Shown here one piece after another: positions 21,946-30,624 of a DNA stretch of 64,000 nt. The translations under genes and the position numbers were made by a program. The stretch's first letter is position 1. Each line of letters starts with the position of its first letter. Under the pieces are notes generated by a model. It saw nothing but the letters and a program-made list of their open reading frames with translations. It made no database searches and had not been told where the DNA came from. Source of the DNA: Parcubacteria bacterium C7867-001 (GTDB lineage Bacteria; Patescibacteriota; Minisyncoccia; Phycocordibacterales; Phycocordibacteraceae); the NCBI GenBank assembly GCA_001189095.1, contig LFCK01000001.1, positions 253,159 through 317,158 on the forward strand, written 5' to 3'.

Positions 21946-23019
21946 ATGCCTACTAAAGCTAAAAAAACCACTGCCGTGCGCGGAGCGTCGAAAATCGCGA
22001 AGCTCTCGTTCGATGATGCTGTCCTCGTAAAGCGTATGCTTACCGAGGTTTCCGACCGCGCCAAGGAGGTTCTTACCCTCCGCTTTGGCCTTGGCACTTC
22101 GCAGAAGCGCGAGACGCTTGAGGCTATCGGCGAACGCTGGGGTATTACCCGCGAGCGCGTCCGCCAGATTGAGGCAGCAGGTATCGAATCTATCCGCTCA
22201 AGCAAGGCTTTCAAGGATTCAACGGCTCCACTTGCCGAACTCTCCAACTACGTCGAATCGCTCGGCGTTATCGTCCGTGAAGAAGAGCTTCTCGCCGGCC
22301 TTGGCGCTGACGAGAAGACGCGCAACCGTTTCCGCTTCCTCCTTGTTGTGGGCAGTACCTTTTATCGCGAACGCGAAACAGATGATTTCTACGCACGCTG
22401 GCACGTTGATCACAAGACCGCAGACCGTGTTCACAAGGCACTTTCTTCGCTTTACGGCTCACTCTCCGATTCTGAAGTGCTTTCCGAAAGCGAACTCTTC
22501 AACCGTTTTCTCGACGAACTCAAGGAAGTAAACGAAGTCTATAAGAACGAGGAAATCATGAAGCGTTGGCTCGCACTCAGTAAGACGATCTCAGCAAATC
22601 CGCTCGCAGAATGGGGTCGCTCGGAAGCTGCAGGCATCAAGACCAAAGGTATCCGCGATTACGCGTACCTCGTGGTTAAGCGCGCAGGAAAGCCGATGCA
22701 CTTCACCGATGTCGCTGGCGCCATTGTCGATCTCTTCTCCAAGAATGCGCACGTCGCAACGACTCACAACGAACTCATGAAGGACCCTCGCTTCGTGCTC
22801 GTCGGCCGTGGTCTCTACGCGCTCGCAGAATGGGGCTACAGTCCGGGCGTCGTTCGCGATGTTATTCGCGACATTCTCAAGAAGAAGCCGCTCACTAAGG
22901 ACGAGCTTCTCGAAGAGGTGAAGAAAGTGCGCTACGTGAAGGACAACACGATCCTCGTGAATCTCAACGACTCCCGCTACTTCAAGAAAAATAAGAACGG
23001 CACTTACTCAGCCGCATAA
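21946..23019 (+). CDS. sigma-70 region 4 domain + C-terminal HARE-HTH domain protein
   Basis: N-terminus VLTLRFGLGTSQKRETLEAIGERWGITRERVRQIEAAGI matches sigma-70 region 4; the C-terminal KPMHFTDVAGAI...RFVLVGRGLYALAEWGY fits HARE-HTH. Confidence 0.7.
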   Translation: MPTKAKKTTAVRGASKIAKLSFDDAVLVKRMLTEVSDRAKEVLTLRFGLGTSQKRETLEAIGERWGITRERVRQIEAAGIESIRSSKAFKDSTAPLAELSNYVESLGVIVREEELLAGLGADEKTRNRFRFLLVVGSTFYRERETDDFYARWHVDHKTADRVHKALSSLYGSLSDSEVLSESELFNRFLDELKEVNEVYKNEEIMKRWLALSKTISANPLAEWGRSEAAGIKTKGIRDYAYLVVKRAGKPMHFTDVAGAIVDLFSKNAHVATTHNELMKDPRFVLVGRGLYALAEWGYSPGVVRDVIRDILKKKPLTKDELLEEVKKVRYVKDNTILVNLNDSRYFKKNKNGTYSAA

Positions 23020-23027
23020 TGAAAAAC

Positions 23028-23063
23028 GCGTAATGCCCCGAACCAAACAGGTTCGGGGCATTT
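23028..23063 (+). terminator. intrinsic terminator
   Basis: aatgccccgaaccaaacaggttcggggcattttgct. Confidence 0.6.
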
Positions 23064-23105
23064 TGCTATGCTATACCCCGTGAGATAAAGGCGCTTGTTC
23101 AAGCG

Positions 23106-24521
23106 GTGATTCTCGAAATGCGATATCTCACGGGGTATACTCTTCCTATGTCATCGGCGAGTCCGTATCCGCTCTACGACTGGAGCACGAAGCTCATTAA
23201 GGAAGCCCGCAAATCGGCCGGTCTCGTGCTGTCGGGTGAAATGTTCTGCGTCATCTACAGTGCCCTTATCTTTATTTTCTTCCTCTTTGCGCCAGCGCAA
23301 TCAGTGCAGAACTTTGAGGTGCTGATTTTCCTCTCGCCGCTCTGGTTGCCGTTTATGGTTATGGGCTTTGCGCGCGAAAAACGCCTCGAGCTTGCGCGGG
23401 CACTTTTCCATGTCACCCAGAAGAAGATTTTGCTCGAGCTGCGCGTTCCGCGCGACACACGTAAATCGCCGCAGGCGATGGAAACCTTCTTCACGAACCT
23501 CGCGCTCGCTCCGGGGGAATCAACGTGGTACAAGCGCATGATTCAAGGTCGCACGCGCCCATGGTGGTCGCTCGAGCTCGTTTCGACTGAAGGCGAAGTA
23601 CATTTCTATATTTGGACATGGGAAATCTGGCGCCGTCCGCTCGAAAGCTTCCTCTATGCGCAGTACCCCGGTGCTGAACTCATCGAAGCCACTGACTACA
23701 GCCGCCTTATCGATCCGAGTCACGAACCAAACAAGATGTGGACGGTCGAATACGCGTTCGCCGAACCCGATGCGTTCCCGATTAATTCCTACATTGACTT
23801 CGGACTTGAGAAAAATCCAAAACCAGAAGAGCAGGTTGACCCAATCGCGCAGGTTATTGAGGTGCTCAACAGCATTGGTAAAGGCGAACACATTTGGATA
23901 CAGATCATGATTCAAGGCGATAACGCGAAGAGTCCTAAGTTTGCAGGAAGAATGAACAAGAAAGGGAAGCCATACACCATCATTGACGAGGGTGAAGAGA
24001 CTATCGAAAAAATTCGCCGAAACGCGATGATGCAGTACGAGGAAGTGGACTCGATGGGCAAGAAGATAAAGAAGACACTCACGAACCCGACCAAGGGCCA
24101 GCTCGACATGATCTCCGACATTAGCCGAAAGATTTACAAGCCATGCTACGACGTTGGTATGCGCGCGATTTACTTCGCTGACAAGGAGCACTTCAAGGGA
24201 ACGACGCCGGGGGCTGTCGGTAGCATTTGGAAACCGTTTGGCGGTGCGAACAAAATTGGTGACGTTGGCGGGAGCAATGATTTCTTCGGATACCCTTGGG
24301 AGGATCCGGGTCGGAAGCGCGAAGCACACATGGAGCATCATGCGCTCCTCTCCTACCGCCGCCGTGCGTATTTTTACCCGCCGTGCGTGGGCACGTACAT
24401 GATCATGAGCGCTGAAGAGCTCGCCACAATCTTCCATATCCCATCGAGTACCGTAGCGTCAGGAGGCTTCACGCGCATCCAGAGCGCAACCTCAGGGGCG
24501 CCGGGCAATCTTCCGACGTAA
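23106..24521 (+). CDS. hypothetical membrane-anchored protein (471 aa; 2 N-terminal TMs + large soluble domain)
   Basis: Long protein-like ORF. The true start may be ATG 23148 (MSSASPYP), which would place the 16-bp inverted repeat upstream. Confidence 0.55.
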   Translation: MILEMRYLTGYTLPMSSASPYPLYDWSTKLIKEARKSAGLVLSGEMFCVIYSALIFIFFLFAPAQSVQNFEVLIFLSPLWLPFMVMGFAREKRLELARALFHVTQKKILLELRVPRDTRKSPQAMETFFTNLALAPGESTWYKRMIQGRTRPWWSLELVSTEGEVHFYIWTWEIWRRPLESFLYAQYPGAELIEATDYSRLIDPSHEPNKMWTVEYAFAEPDAFPINSYIDFGLEKNPKPEEQVDPIAQVIEVLNSIGKGEHIWIQIMIQGDNAKSPKFAGRMNKKGKPYTIIDEGEETIEKIRRNAMMQYEEVDSMGKKIKKTLTNPTKGQLDMISDISRKIYKPCYDVGMRAIYFADKEHFKGTTPGAVGSIWKPFGGANKIGDVGGSNDFFGYPWEDPGRKREAHMEHHALLSYRRRAYFYPPCVGTYMIMSAEELATIFHIPSSTVASGGFTRIQSATSGAPGNLPT

Positions 24522-24524
24522 AGC

Positions 24525-25529
24525 ATGGATATCGACCCGCGTCTCGCCCTCATTTCGGCGATTATCGAGTTCCACGTTGCGCGCCTGCGCACCTTTTATA
24601 TTTCATTCTTTCTCGCACTCGCGGTGGTTGCCGCAGCGCTCTGGTACACCCTTCTCGTCCCTCCTGCACAATTTCCTACCGGCAACATCATCACGGTTCC
24701 AAAAGACGAAACGCTCTACATGATAGCGACCGAGCTCGCGAACGAGCACGTGATCACTTCGCCGCGACTCTTCCTCGCTGTTGCGCGCGTGCTCGGCGGC
24801 GATACGCAAATTCAAGCAGGTCGCTATCTCTTCGCCGAACCGTCGGGGCTCTTCACGGTGGTTTGGCGTCTCATCAACCACGAGACGGGAATCATACCGG
24901 TACGTGTGCGACTCGTCGAAGGAATGACGGCGCGCGATATGGCGGATACGCTCAAAAAACAACTCCCGGGCTTCGACGAAGCAGCATTCCTCGCGGAAGC
25001 GGTTCCGCTTGAAGGTCATCTTTTTCCTGACACCTACGAGCTCTATCCAGGAACGACATCGCATGAGATTGTCGTCATGCTTTATGCAAATTTTGAGACA
25101 CAGCTCGCAACAATCGAAGATAAGGTAAAAGCCTTCAATAAACCGCTTCCGGACATCATCACCATGGCATCGCTTATTGAACGCGAAGGCCGAGGACTAA
25201 AAGAGAAGCAGATGATCTCGGGTGTTCTATGGAATCGCATCAAAAAGGGAATTCCGCTTCAAGTCGATGCGGTATTTGGATACATCAACAATCGCCAAAC
25301 CTACAGTCCATCGTTTGCGGATTTGAAAATAGATTCGCCCTACAACACGTATACAAATAAAGGTTTGCCACCGGGTGCTATCGCAAATCCGGGCATCGAC
25401 TCGCTCCTTGCTGCGGTCACGCCAGCGACAACGACCGCACTCTACTACCTAACGGGACGCGACGGACGCATGTATTACGCAAAAACGTTCGCAGAACATA
25501 AACGCAACCGCGCACTGTATCTTGATTGA
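24525..25529 (+). CDS. mltG: endolytic murein transglycosylase MltG (YceG family)
   Basis: N-terminal TM, YceG-like domain, conserved ASLIEREGRG region. Confidence 0.85.
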   Translation: MDIDPRLALISAIIEFHVARLRTFYISFFLALAVVAAALWYTLLVPPAQFPTGNIITVPKDETLYMIATELANEHVITSPRLFLAVARVLGGDTQIQAGRYLFAEPSGLFTVVWRLINHETGIIPVRVRLVEGMTARDMADTLKKQLPGFDEAAFLAEAVPLEGHLFPDTYELYPGTTSHEIVVMLYANFETQLATIEDKVKAFNKPLPDIITMASLIEREGRGLKEKQMISGVLWNRIKKGIPLQVDAVFGYINNRQTYSPSFADLKIDSPYNTYTNKGLPPGAIANPGIDSLLAAVTPATTTALYYLTGRDGRMYYAKTFAEHKRNRALYLD

Positions 25530-25647
25530 TTCGCATTAAAAGTATTTGGATTTTTGGGGTCCCCATTCTGATGGGGGTGAGCCGGCAGAAGACGGCAGCG
25601 AGGATGCAGCATCCGAGCGTTAGTCTTCAAAATATGCACGGCGAATA

Positions 25648-25690
25648 AAAAGAGCCGCACGCGCCGTAGCGAGATGCGGCTCTTCAAGGA
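25648..25690. terminator. bidirectional terminator
   Basis: aaaagagccgcacgcgccgtagcgagatgcggctcttcaagg. Confidence 0.5.
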
Positions 25691-25712
25691 ATTAGATTTT
25701 AGTTTGTTCGGT

Positions 25713-26060
25713 CTACGGCAACGTAAACACATCGCTCCACTCCCCGTGCACTGATTTTTTCTGAATCTCTATCGCCTCCTCGAGCCAAAGCGCTCGGAGG
25801 TCTTCATTCGAAAGCGGGTGTTCCGCTTCGGAGAAGAAAGACCAGCCATCAGTACCGGCAGGGGTAAGGAACCAGTGATTTCCGTCGTGGTTCTTTTTAT
25901 CGAACAACTTCGACAACGGGACCAGTCGAGCAAGCTTTTGATACTTGCCAGAGAGACTGGGGTCCGTCAGTTTCAATCGTACGATCCGTAGCTGGACACC
26001 AAAATCTATGTGTTTTTGGCTCTTGCAAAGAGCACACTGTGCGTACATGTATGCCTCCAT
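25713..26060 (-). CDS. hypothetical protein (115 aa)
   Basis: Protein-like ORF convergent with mltG and divergent from mnmA; start chosen at the internal ATG (MEAYMYAQC...). Confidence 0.4.
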   Translation of the reverse strand: MEAYMYAQCALCKSQKHIDFGVQLRIVRLKLTDPSLSGKYQKLARLVPLSKLFDKKNHDGNHWFLTPAGTDGWSFFSEAEHPLSNEDLRALWLEEAIEIQKKSVHGEWSDVFTLP

Positions 26061-26115
26061 GGGCAACAAAGGCTTCAAGTGCGCCTCCAAATACAGTATA
26101 TTCCTTACAACTGCT

Positions 26116-27159
26116 ATGCATGTCAATACCTCCCTTCAGGGAACCAAGATATTCGTCGGCCTTTCGGGCGGCGTAGACTCCGCTGTTACTGCAGCGCTTT
26201 TGCAGCGTGCGGGTGCCTCAGTGACCGGCGTTTTCATCAAAGGTTGGTATCCGGAAGGACTCCCGTGCACGTGGGCTGCCGACCGTCGCGACGCGATGCG
26301 TGTTGCAGCCCATCTCCATATACCGTTCGTTACGCTCGATGCTTCGAAGGAATACAAGCAAGGCGTTATAGACTATCTTCTGCGCGAATATCGAAACGGT
26401 CGGACACCAAACCCCGACATCATGTGCAACAAGGAAGTTAAGTTCGGTGCGTTCTTTGATTTTGCGATGAAGAATGGTGCGGACTATATAGCAACGGGCC
26501 ACTACGCGCGCGTAACGCACGAAGAGGACGCATCGCTCAAGCGCGGCGTTGACCCAAAGAAGGATCAAAGCTATTTCTTGTGGGCCATCCGACCAGAAGC
26601 GCTTCAAAAAACGCTTTTTCCGCTCGGCGGATTTGAGAAGCCGCACGTACGCAAACTAGCGCAGGAATTCAGTCTTCCCGTGAAAGAGAAGGCTGACAGC
26701 CAAGGTATTTGCTTCCTCGGTTCTATTTCAGTAGATGACTTCCTTCGCAATGAATTCGGTACGCGCACCGGCAAAATAGTTTCAACGGAGGGTGTGGAGG
26801 TCGGGGAACATGACAGCGTCTTGCTTTCAACTATCGGCCAGCGCATAAGCGCGCCGAACGGGCCGTGGTACGTCGTTCGGAAGGATATCGAGAAGAACGA
26901 ACTTATCGTTTCGCATGAGCACGGAGAAAAAAGCTCGGAGGCTATCGGCCTAGAGAACGTGAACTGGTTCAAAGAACCAAAATCGGATGAGACGCTTATC
27001 GCGCAGTACCGCTATCACGGCCCGATGATCATGGGAACGTATGACGCAGCTCGCGCCGTCTTTCAACCGAGCGCGCCTATGGACGAAGTGCCTGCAAGCG
27101 GTCAATCGCTCGTGCTGTATCAAGGAGATGTCTGTAGTGGAGGTGGTATTATTTCGTAA
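26116..27159 (+). CDS. mnmA: tRNA-specific 2-thiouridylase MnmA
   Basis: PP-loop FVGLSGGVDSAV, catalytic Cys context, 347 aa. Confidence 0.9.
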   Translation: MHVNTSLQGTKIFVGLSGGVDSAVTAALLQRAGASVTGVFIKGWYPEGLPCTWAADRRDAMRVAAHLHIPFVTLDASKEYKQGVIDYLLREYRNGRTPNPDIMCNKEVKFGAFFDFAMKNGADYIATGHYARVTHEEDASLKRGVDPKKDQSYFLWAIRPEALQKTLFPLGGFEKPHVRKLAQEFSLPVKEKADSQGICFLGSISVDDFLRNEFGTRTGKIVSTEGVEVGEHDSVLLSTIGQRISAPNGPWYVVRKDIEKNELIVSHEHGEKSSEAIGLENVNWFKEPKSDETLIAQYRYHGPMIMGTYDAARAVFQPSAPMDEVPASGQSLVLYQGDVCSGGGIIS

Positions 27160-28002
27160 ATGAATGCACGCAGCACTCCGGTCATCGTTAAAGCGGACGG
27201 CACCGTAGAGGCGTTCGATCCTGCAAAACTTGAAAGCTCGCTTCGACGCGCAGGCGCAGGCGACGCAACGGCGAAGCGCATCCGCACCACCATCGAAGCT
27301 TCGATGGTTAAAGGTGCTTCGACCAAAGAGATTTACACCCGTGCGTTCGCGATGCTCCGACATGAAGCGCGTCCCGTCGCCGCTCGCTACAGCCTTCGTC
27401 GAGCGCTTTTTGAATTCGGACCATCGGGACACCCCTTTGAAGATTTCGTCGCGGAACTTTTCAAGGCAGAGGGCTGGAACGTTGAGTGGCGCAAGATGAT
27501 TGGAGGGAAATGCATTTCGCACGAGGTCGATATCTATGCGACTCGGAACGGCGAATATTTAGGAGCCGAGTTGAAGTATCACAACGATCCGAACTACAAA
27601 ACGGACGTGAAAGTGGCGCTCTACGTGAAAGCTCGTTTCGATGACATATGGCAGTGCGACCCGAAGGTAAATAACAAATGTCCTGTCGACCACGGCATGC
27701 TCATTACCAACACCAAATTCACCTCGCAAGCAGTCGAATACGCCCGCTGTGCTGGCATTGAGCTCCTCGGCTGGAGCTATCCGCTGGAAGGGAATCTCTA
27801 TGACCGCATCGTTGCAGCCGGTATATACCCCATTACGGCCCTCACCAGCCTCCGAAAGGCTGAAAAACGCATGCTTATCGACGCGGGTATCGTGACCTGC
27901 AACCAGCTCAAAGACCGTCGTGACGAGCTCAGGAAGCTTTCCGTGACGCCTGAACGGGTAGGCGTTATAGTTACAGAAAGCGAGAACCTCTGCGCACAGT
28001 GA
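27160..28002 (+). CDS. ATP-cone domain + Mrr-like (restriction endonuclease-fold) nuclease domain protein
   Basis: N-terminus VIVKADGTVEAFDPAKLESSLRRAG fits an ATP-cone. The central FEDFVAELFKAEGWNVEW...HEVDIYATRNGEYLGAELKYH fits the Mrr_cat PD-(D/E)xK core. Start overlaps the mnmA stop (TAAATG). Confidence 0.65.
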   Translation: MNARSTPVIVKADGTVEAFDPAKLESSLRRAGAGDATAKRIRTTIEASMVKGASTKEIYTRAFAMLRHEARPVAARYSLRRALFEFGPSGHPFEDFVAELFKAEGWNVEWRKMIGGKCISHEVDIYATRNGEYLGAELKYHNDPNYKTDVKVALYVKARFDDIWQCDPKVNNKCPVDHGMLITNTKFTSQAVEYARCAGIELLGWSYPLEGNLYDRIVAAGIYPITALTSLRKAEKRMLIDAGIVTCNQLKDRRDELRKLSVTPERVGVIVTESENLCAQ

Positions 28003-28029
28003 TATCTGGGAGTGAGGTTATGAACAATC

Positions 28030-28554
28030 ATGAAAACCTCATCCAACACACAGCTTATGAAAGTCGAGTCCAAGAAGCGTAATCCTTTTTTCTGGGGAGT
28101 CCTCGGATTTATTGTCGGCATTGGTGCTGCAGGCATCTGGCTTCTCGGAAATTACATCCCTGAATTTTCGCTTCCAGATACCGATTCGACCGCATCGACA
28201 ACGATGACGCCCGACGGCGAACTTCCTCCAGCAAGCAATCTTATTTCCGTTGAAGATCAAAACGCCGGAACGGAAGTCATTGTGCAGAAGCTCGATGTTC
28301 CATCGCCGGGTGTATGGGCTGCAGTTCAGGAGCGAAACGGCGGGAAGCTGGGTAATGTTCTCGGCGCAGCACGCGTGACCGCTCCGGACACTGGCGTCGC
28401 TATCCCTCTTTTGCGCGCTACCGAGCCGGCGCACTCCTATGCAGTTGTTCTGTATCGAAACGACAACGGCGGGGACTTCGCGTTCGATAAGAACAGTGTG
28501 TATGTCGATTACGATACGGGGGACCGTGTGGTCGCACCGTTCAGCACCAAATAA
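28030..28554 (+). CDS. hypothetical membrane-anchored protein (174 aa)
   Basis: RBS GGGAGTGAGG; N-terminal TM; extracytoplasmic domain. Confidence 0.5.
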   Translation: MKTSSNTQLMKVESKKRNPFFWGVLGFIVGIGAAGIWLLGNYIPEFSLPDTDSTASTTMTPDGELPPASNLISVEDQNAGTEVIVQKLDVPSPGVWAAVQERNGGKLGNVLGAARVTAPDTGVAIPLLRATEPAHSYAVVLYRNDNGGDFAFDKNSVYVDYDTGDRVVAPFSTK

Positions 28555-28556
28555 TC

Positions 28557-29345
28557 ATGGCTGGCTGGAAATCAAAAACATTCGACCCGTCGTCGAAAGA
28601 ACCCTTCACCATTAGCCGCTCCAAGGTGGACATGTTCACCGAGTGCCCGCGCTGCTCGTATCTCGACCTGCGTCTTGGCGTAAAGCGTCCCTCGATGCCG
28701 GGATTTACGCTCAATATGGCGGTGGACGAGCTTTTCAAACGCGAATTCGATGTGCACCGTGCGAACGGCACTACGCATCCCTTGATGAAAGCGTATGGGC
28801 TCAATGCGGTACCGATGAAAGATGATCGCATGGACGAGTGGCGAGACGCGCTCAAGCGCGGCATAAAATTCCATCACACGGAATCGAATTTCATACTACG
28901 CGGCGGTATCGACGATGCGTGGATGTCCGCGGACGGTGAAGTTATTGTGGTTGACTACAAAGCGACCAGTAAAAAAGTGGGACCGACGACTGAAGACGAC
29001 CTCTACGATTCCTACAAGAAGCAAATGGCGGTGTATCAATGGCTCTTTCGCCAGAACGGATTCAAAGTGTCGCCGACCGGCTATTTCGTGTACGCGAACG
29101 GTGAATCGGACAAAGAAGCGTTCGACGCGAAGCTCGAGTTCAGCATCGTCCTCATCCCGTACGCAGGTTCGGACTCATGGGTCGCTCCGACGCTCATGAA
29201 GATGCGCGAGACGCTCTCAAGCGATGAGATTCCTGACTACGGTCGCGGAACCGCCTTCGGCGGCAAGGATTGCGAATATTGCACCTACCGCGACGGAGCT
29301 GGAAACGCGTTCAAACAGCTTGTTGCTGAAAGAAAAAAGAAATAA
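28557..29345 (+). CDS. PD-(D/E)xK nuclease family protein, Cas4/RecB-like with four cysteines
   Basis: GGIDDAW...VVDYKATS is a D...D/ExK core. N-terminal CPRC and C-terminal CEYC resemble the Fe-S cysteine arrangement of Cas4/AddB-type nucleases. Confidence 0.6.
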   Translation: MAGWKSKTFDPSSKEPFTISRSKVDMFTECPRCSYLDLRLGVKRPSMPGFTLNMAVDELFKREFDVHRANGTTHPLMKAYGLNAVPMKDDRMDEWRDALKRGIKFHHTESNFILRGGIDDAWMSADGEVIVVDYKATSKKVGPTTEDDLYDSYKKQMAVYQWLFRQNGFKVSPTGYFVYANGESDKEAFDAKLEFSIVLIPYAGSDSWVAPTLMKMRETLSSDEIPDYGRGTAFGGKDCEYCTYRDGAGNAFKQLVAERKKK

Positions 29346-29347
29346 CC

Positions 29348-29611
29348 GTGAACAGCTTCGCAGAAAAAGTGCGTGCGGTTGTACGGAAAATTCCCAAGGG
29401 AAAGACGATGACGTATGGCGCTGTTGCGAAAGCCGCGGGACGCACCGGCGCAGCACGCGCCGTCGGAACTATCATGAGCCACAACGACGACACAACAGTT
29501 CCATGCCATCGCGTTGTCCGCTCGGATGGGAAGCGCAGCGGCTATAACGGCCTCATGGGCGTGAGCCGCGAAGCCATCCTCGCGAAAGAGCGAGCCGAGC
29601 TCGCGGCATAA
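29348..29611 (+). CDS. methylated-DNA-protein-cysteine methyltransferase DNA-binding domain protein (Ogt C-terminal domain only, PCHR cysteine retained)
   Basis: GTG start; TYGAVAKAAG...AARAVGTIMSHN...VPCHRVV matches the MGMT active-site domain. Confidence 0.7.
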   Translation: MNSFAEKVRAVVRKIPKGKTMTYGAVAKAAGRTGAARAVGTIMSHNDDTTVPCHRVVRSDGKRSGYNGLMGVSREAILAKERAELAA

Positions 29612-29680
29612 GTTACGCACCTCGCGCGATTGCGCCCTTTCGTACAGGATTCATACTTACGCTCAGAAAGGAGGTCCTTC

Positions 29681-29806
29681 ATGCCTAAGGATCCCGTTGG
29701 TGAATACGTTCGCCTTATGTACCAACTTTCTTCCATCTGGTGGAATATGTGGCTCTCGCCTCATGAAAGCTATGGCCATTATCATCACCTGTGGAGGAAG
29801 CTTTGA
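29681..29806 (+). CDS. small Trp/His-rich peptide (41 aa)
   Basis: Perfect SD GAAAGGAGG 5 nt upstream of ATG; MPKDPVGEYVRLMYQLSSIWWNMWLSPHESYGHYHHLWRKL; a 24-aa hydrophobic mini-ORF (29826-29900) and a terminator follow. Confidence 0.4.
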   Translation: MPKDPVGEYVRLMYQLSSIWWNMWLSPHESYGHYHHLWRKL

Positions 29807-29898
29807 TCAGTGGTGAACGGGTACTGATGCTGTACCGCATCGCCCTCCTCGCTCTCGCACTCTCGCTCCGCGCTCTTTTGAGCACGTGCGTGCATGCG

Positions 29899-29930
29899 TA
29901 AAGCCGCGCGAAGAATCGCGCGGTTTTGCT
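29899..29930 (+). terminator. intrinsic terminator
   Basis: aaagccgcgcgaagaatcgcgcggttttgct. Confidence 0.6.
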
Positions 29931-29951
29931 ATTGTCGATATACTCATAGCC

Positions 29952-30620
29952 ATGGAAGTGAAAATAGAAGCTTCGTGGAAAGAGAAGCTTAAAGGCGAGT
30001 TCGAAAAACCGTATTTCAAGGAGCTCACGGAGTTCGTGAAAGACGAATATGCGAGTGCGACGGTATATCCGCCGCCGAAATTCATTTTTTGCGCGTTTGA
30101 ACTTTGTCCGTTCGACAGCGTGAAAGTGATTATCCTTGGTCAGGATCCGTACCACGGAACGGGTCAAGCGAACGGCCTCTCCTTTGCGGTGAATGACGGC
30201 GTGCGACTGCCGCCGTCGCTTCAGAATATTTACAAAGAAATAGAGAACGACATCGGCTCAACACCAAATCAAAGCGGCGACCTCTCCCGTTGGGCAAAAC
30301 AGGGAGTACTTCTTTTGAATGCAACGCTCACGGTGCGTGCGGCAACTCCCGGCTCGCATCAAAACAAAGGTTGGGAGCAGTTCACGGACGCCGTGATTCG
30401 TGCACTTTCCGACGAACGCGAAGGACTCGTCTTTATACTTTGGGGGAACTACGCACGAAACAAAGGTGCACATATCGATCGCAGCAAGCATCTCGTTATT
30501 GAATCCCCACACCCATCACCCTTTTCTGCATACAACGGATTCTTCGGCTCAAAACCGTTCAGTACGGCCAACACATACCTCGAACAAAACAAGCAAACGC
30601 CTATAGACTGGCTATCTTAA
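29952..30620 (+). CDS. ung: uracil-DNA glycosylase (family 1)
   Basis: GQDPYH water-activating motif and HPSPFS; 222 aa. Confidence 0.9.
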   Translation: MEVKIEASWKEKLKGEFEKPYFKELTEFVKDEYASATVYPPPKFIFCAFELCPFDSVKVIILGQDPYHGTGQANGLSFAVNDGVRLPPSLQNIYKEIENDIGSTPNQSGDLSRWAKQGVLLLNATLTVRAATPGSHQNKGWEQFTDAVIRALSDEREGLVFILWGNYARNKGAHIDRSKHLVIESPHPSPFSAYNGFFGSKPFSTANTYLEQNKQTPIDWLS

Positions 30621-30624
30621 TTTG

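Noticed and set aside
25530-25647. Short hairpins and a GATGCAGCATC palindrome after mltG considered as an sRNA
   Set aside because: There is no promoter-like element or coherent structure beyond small stems. It is probably just the 3' UTR before the bidirectional terminator.
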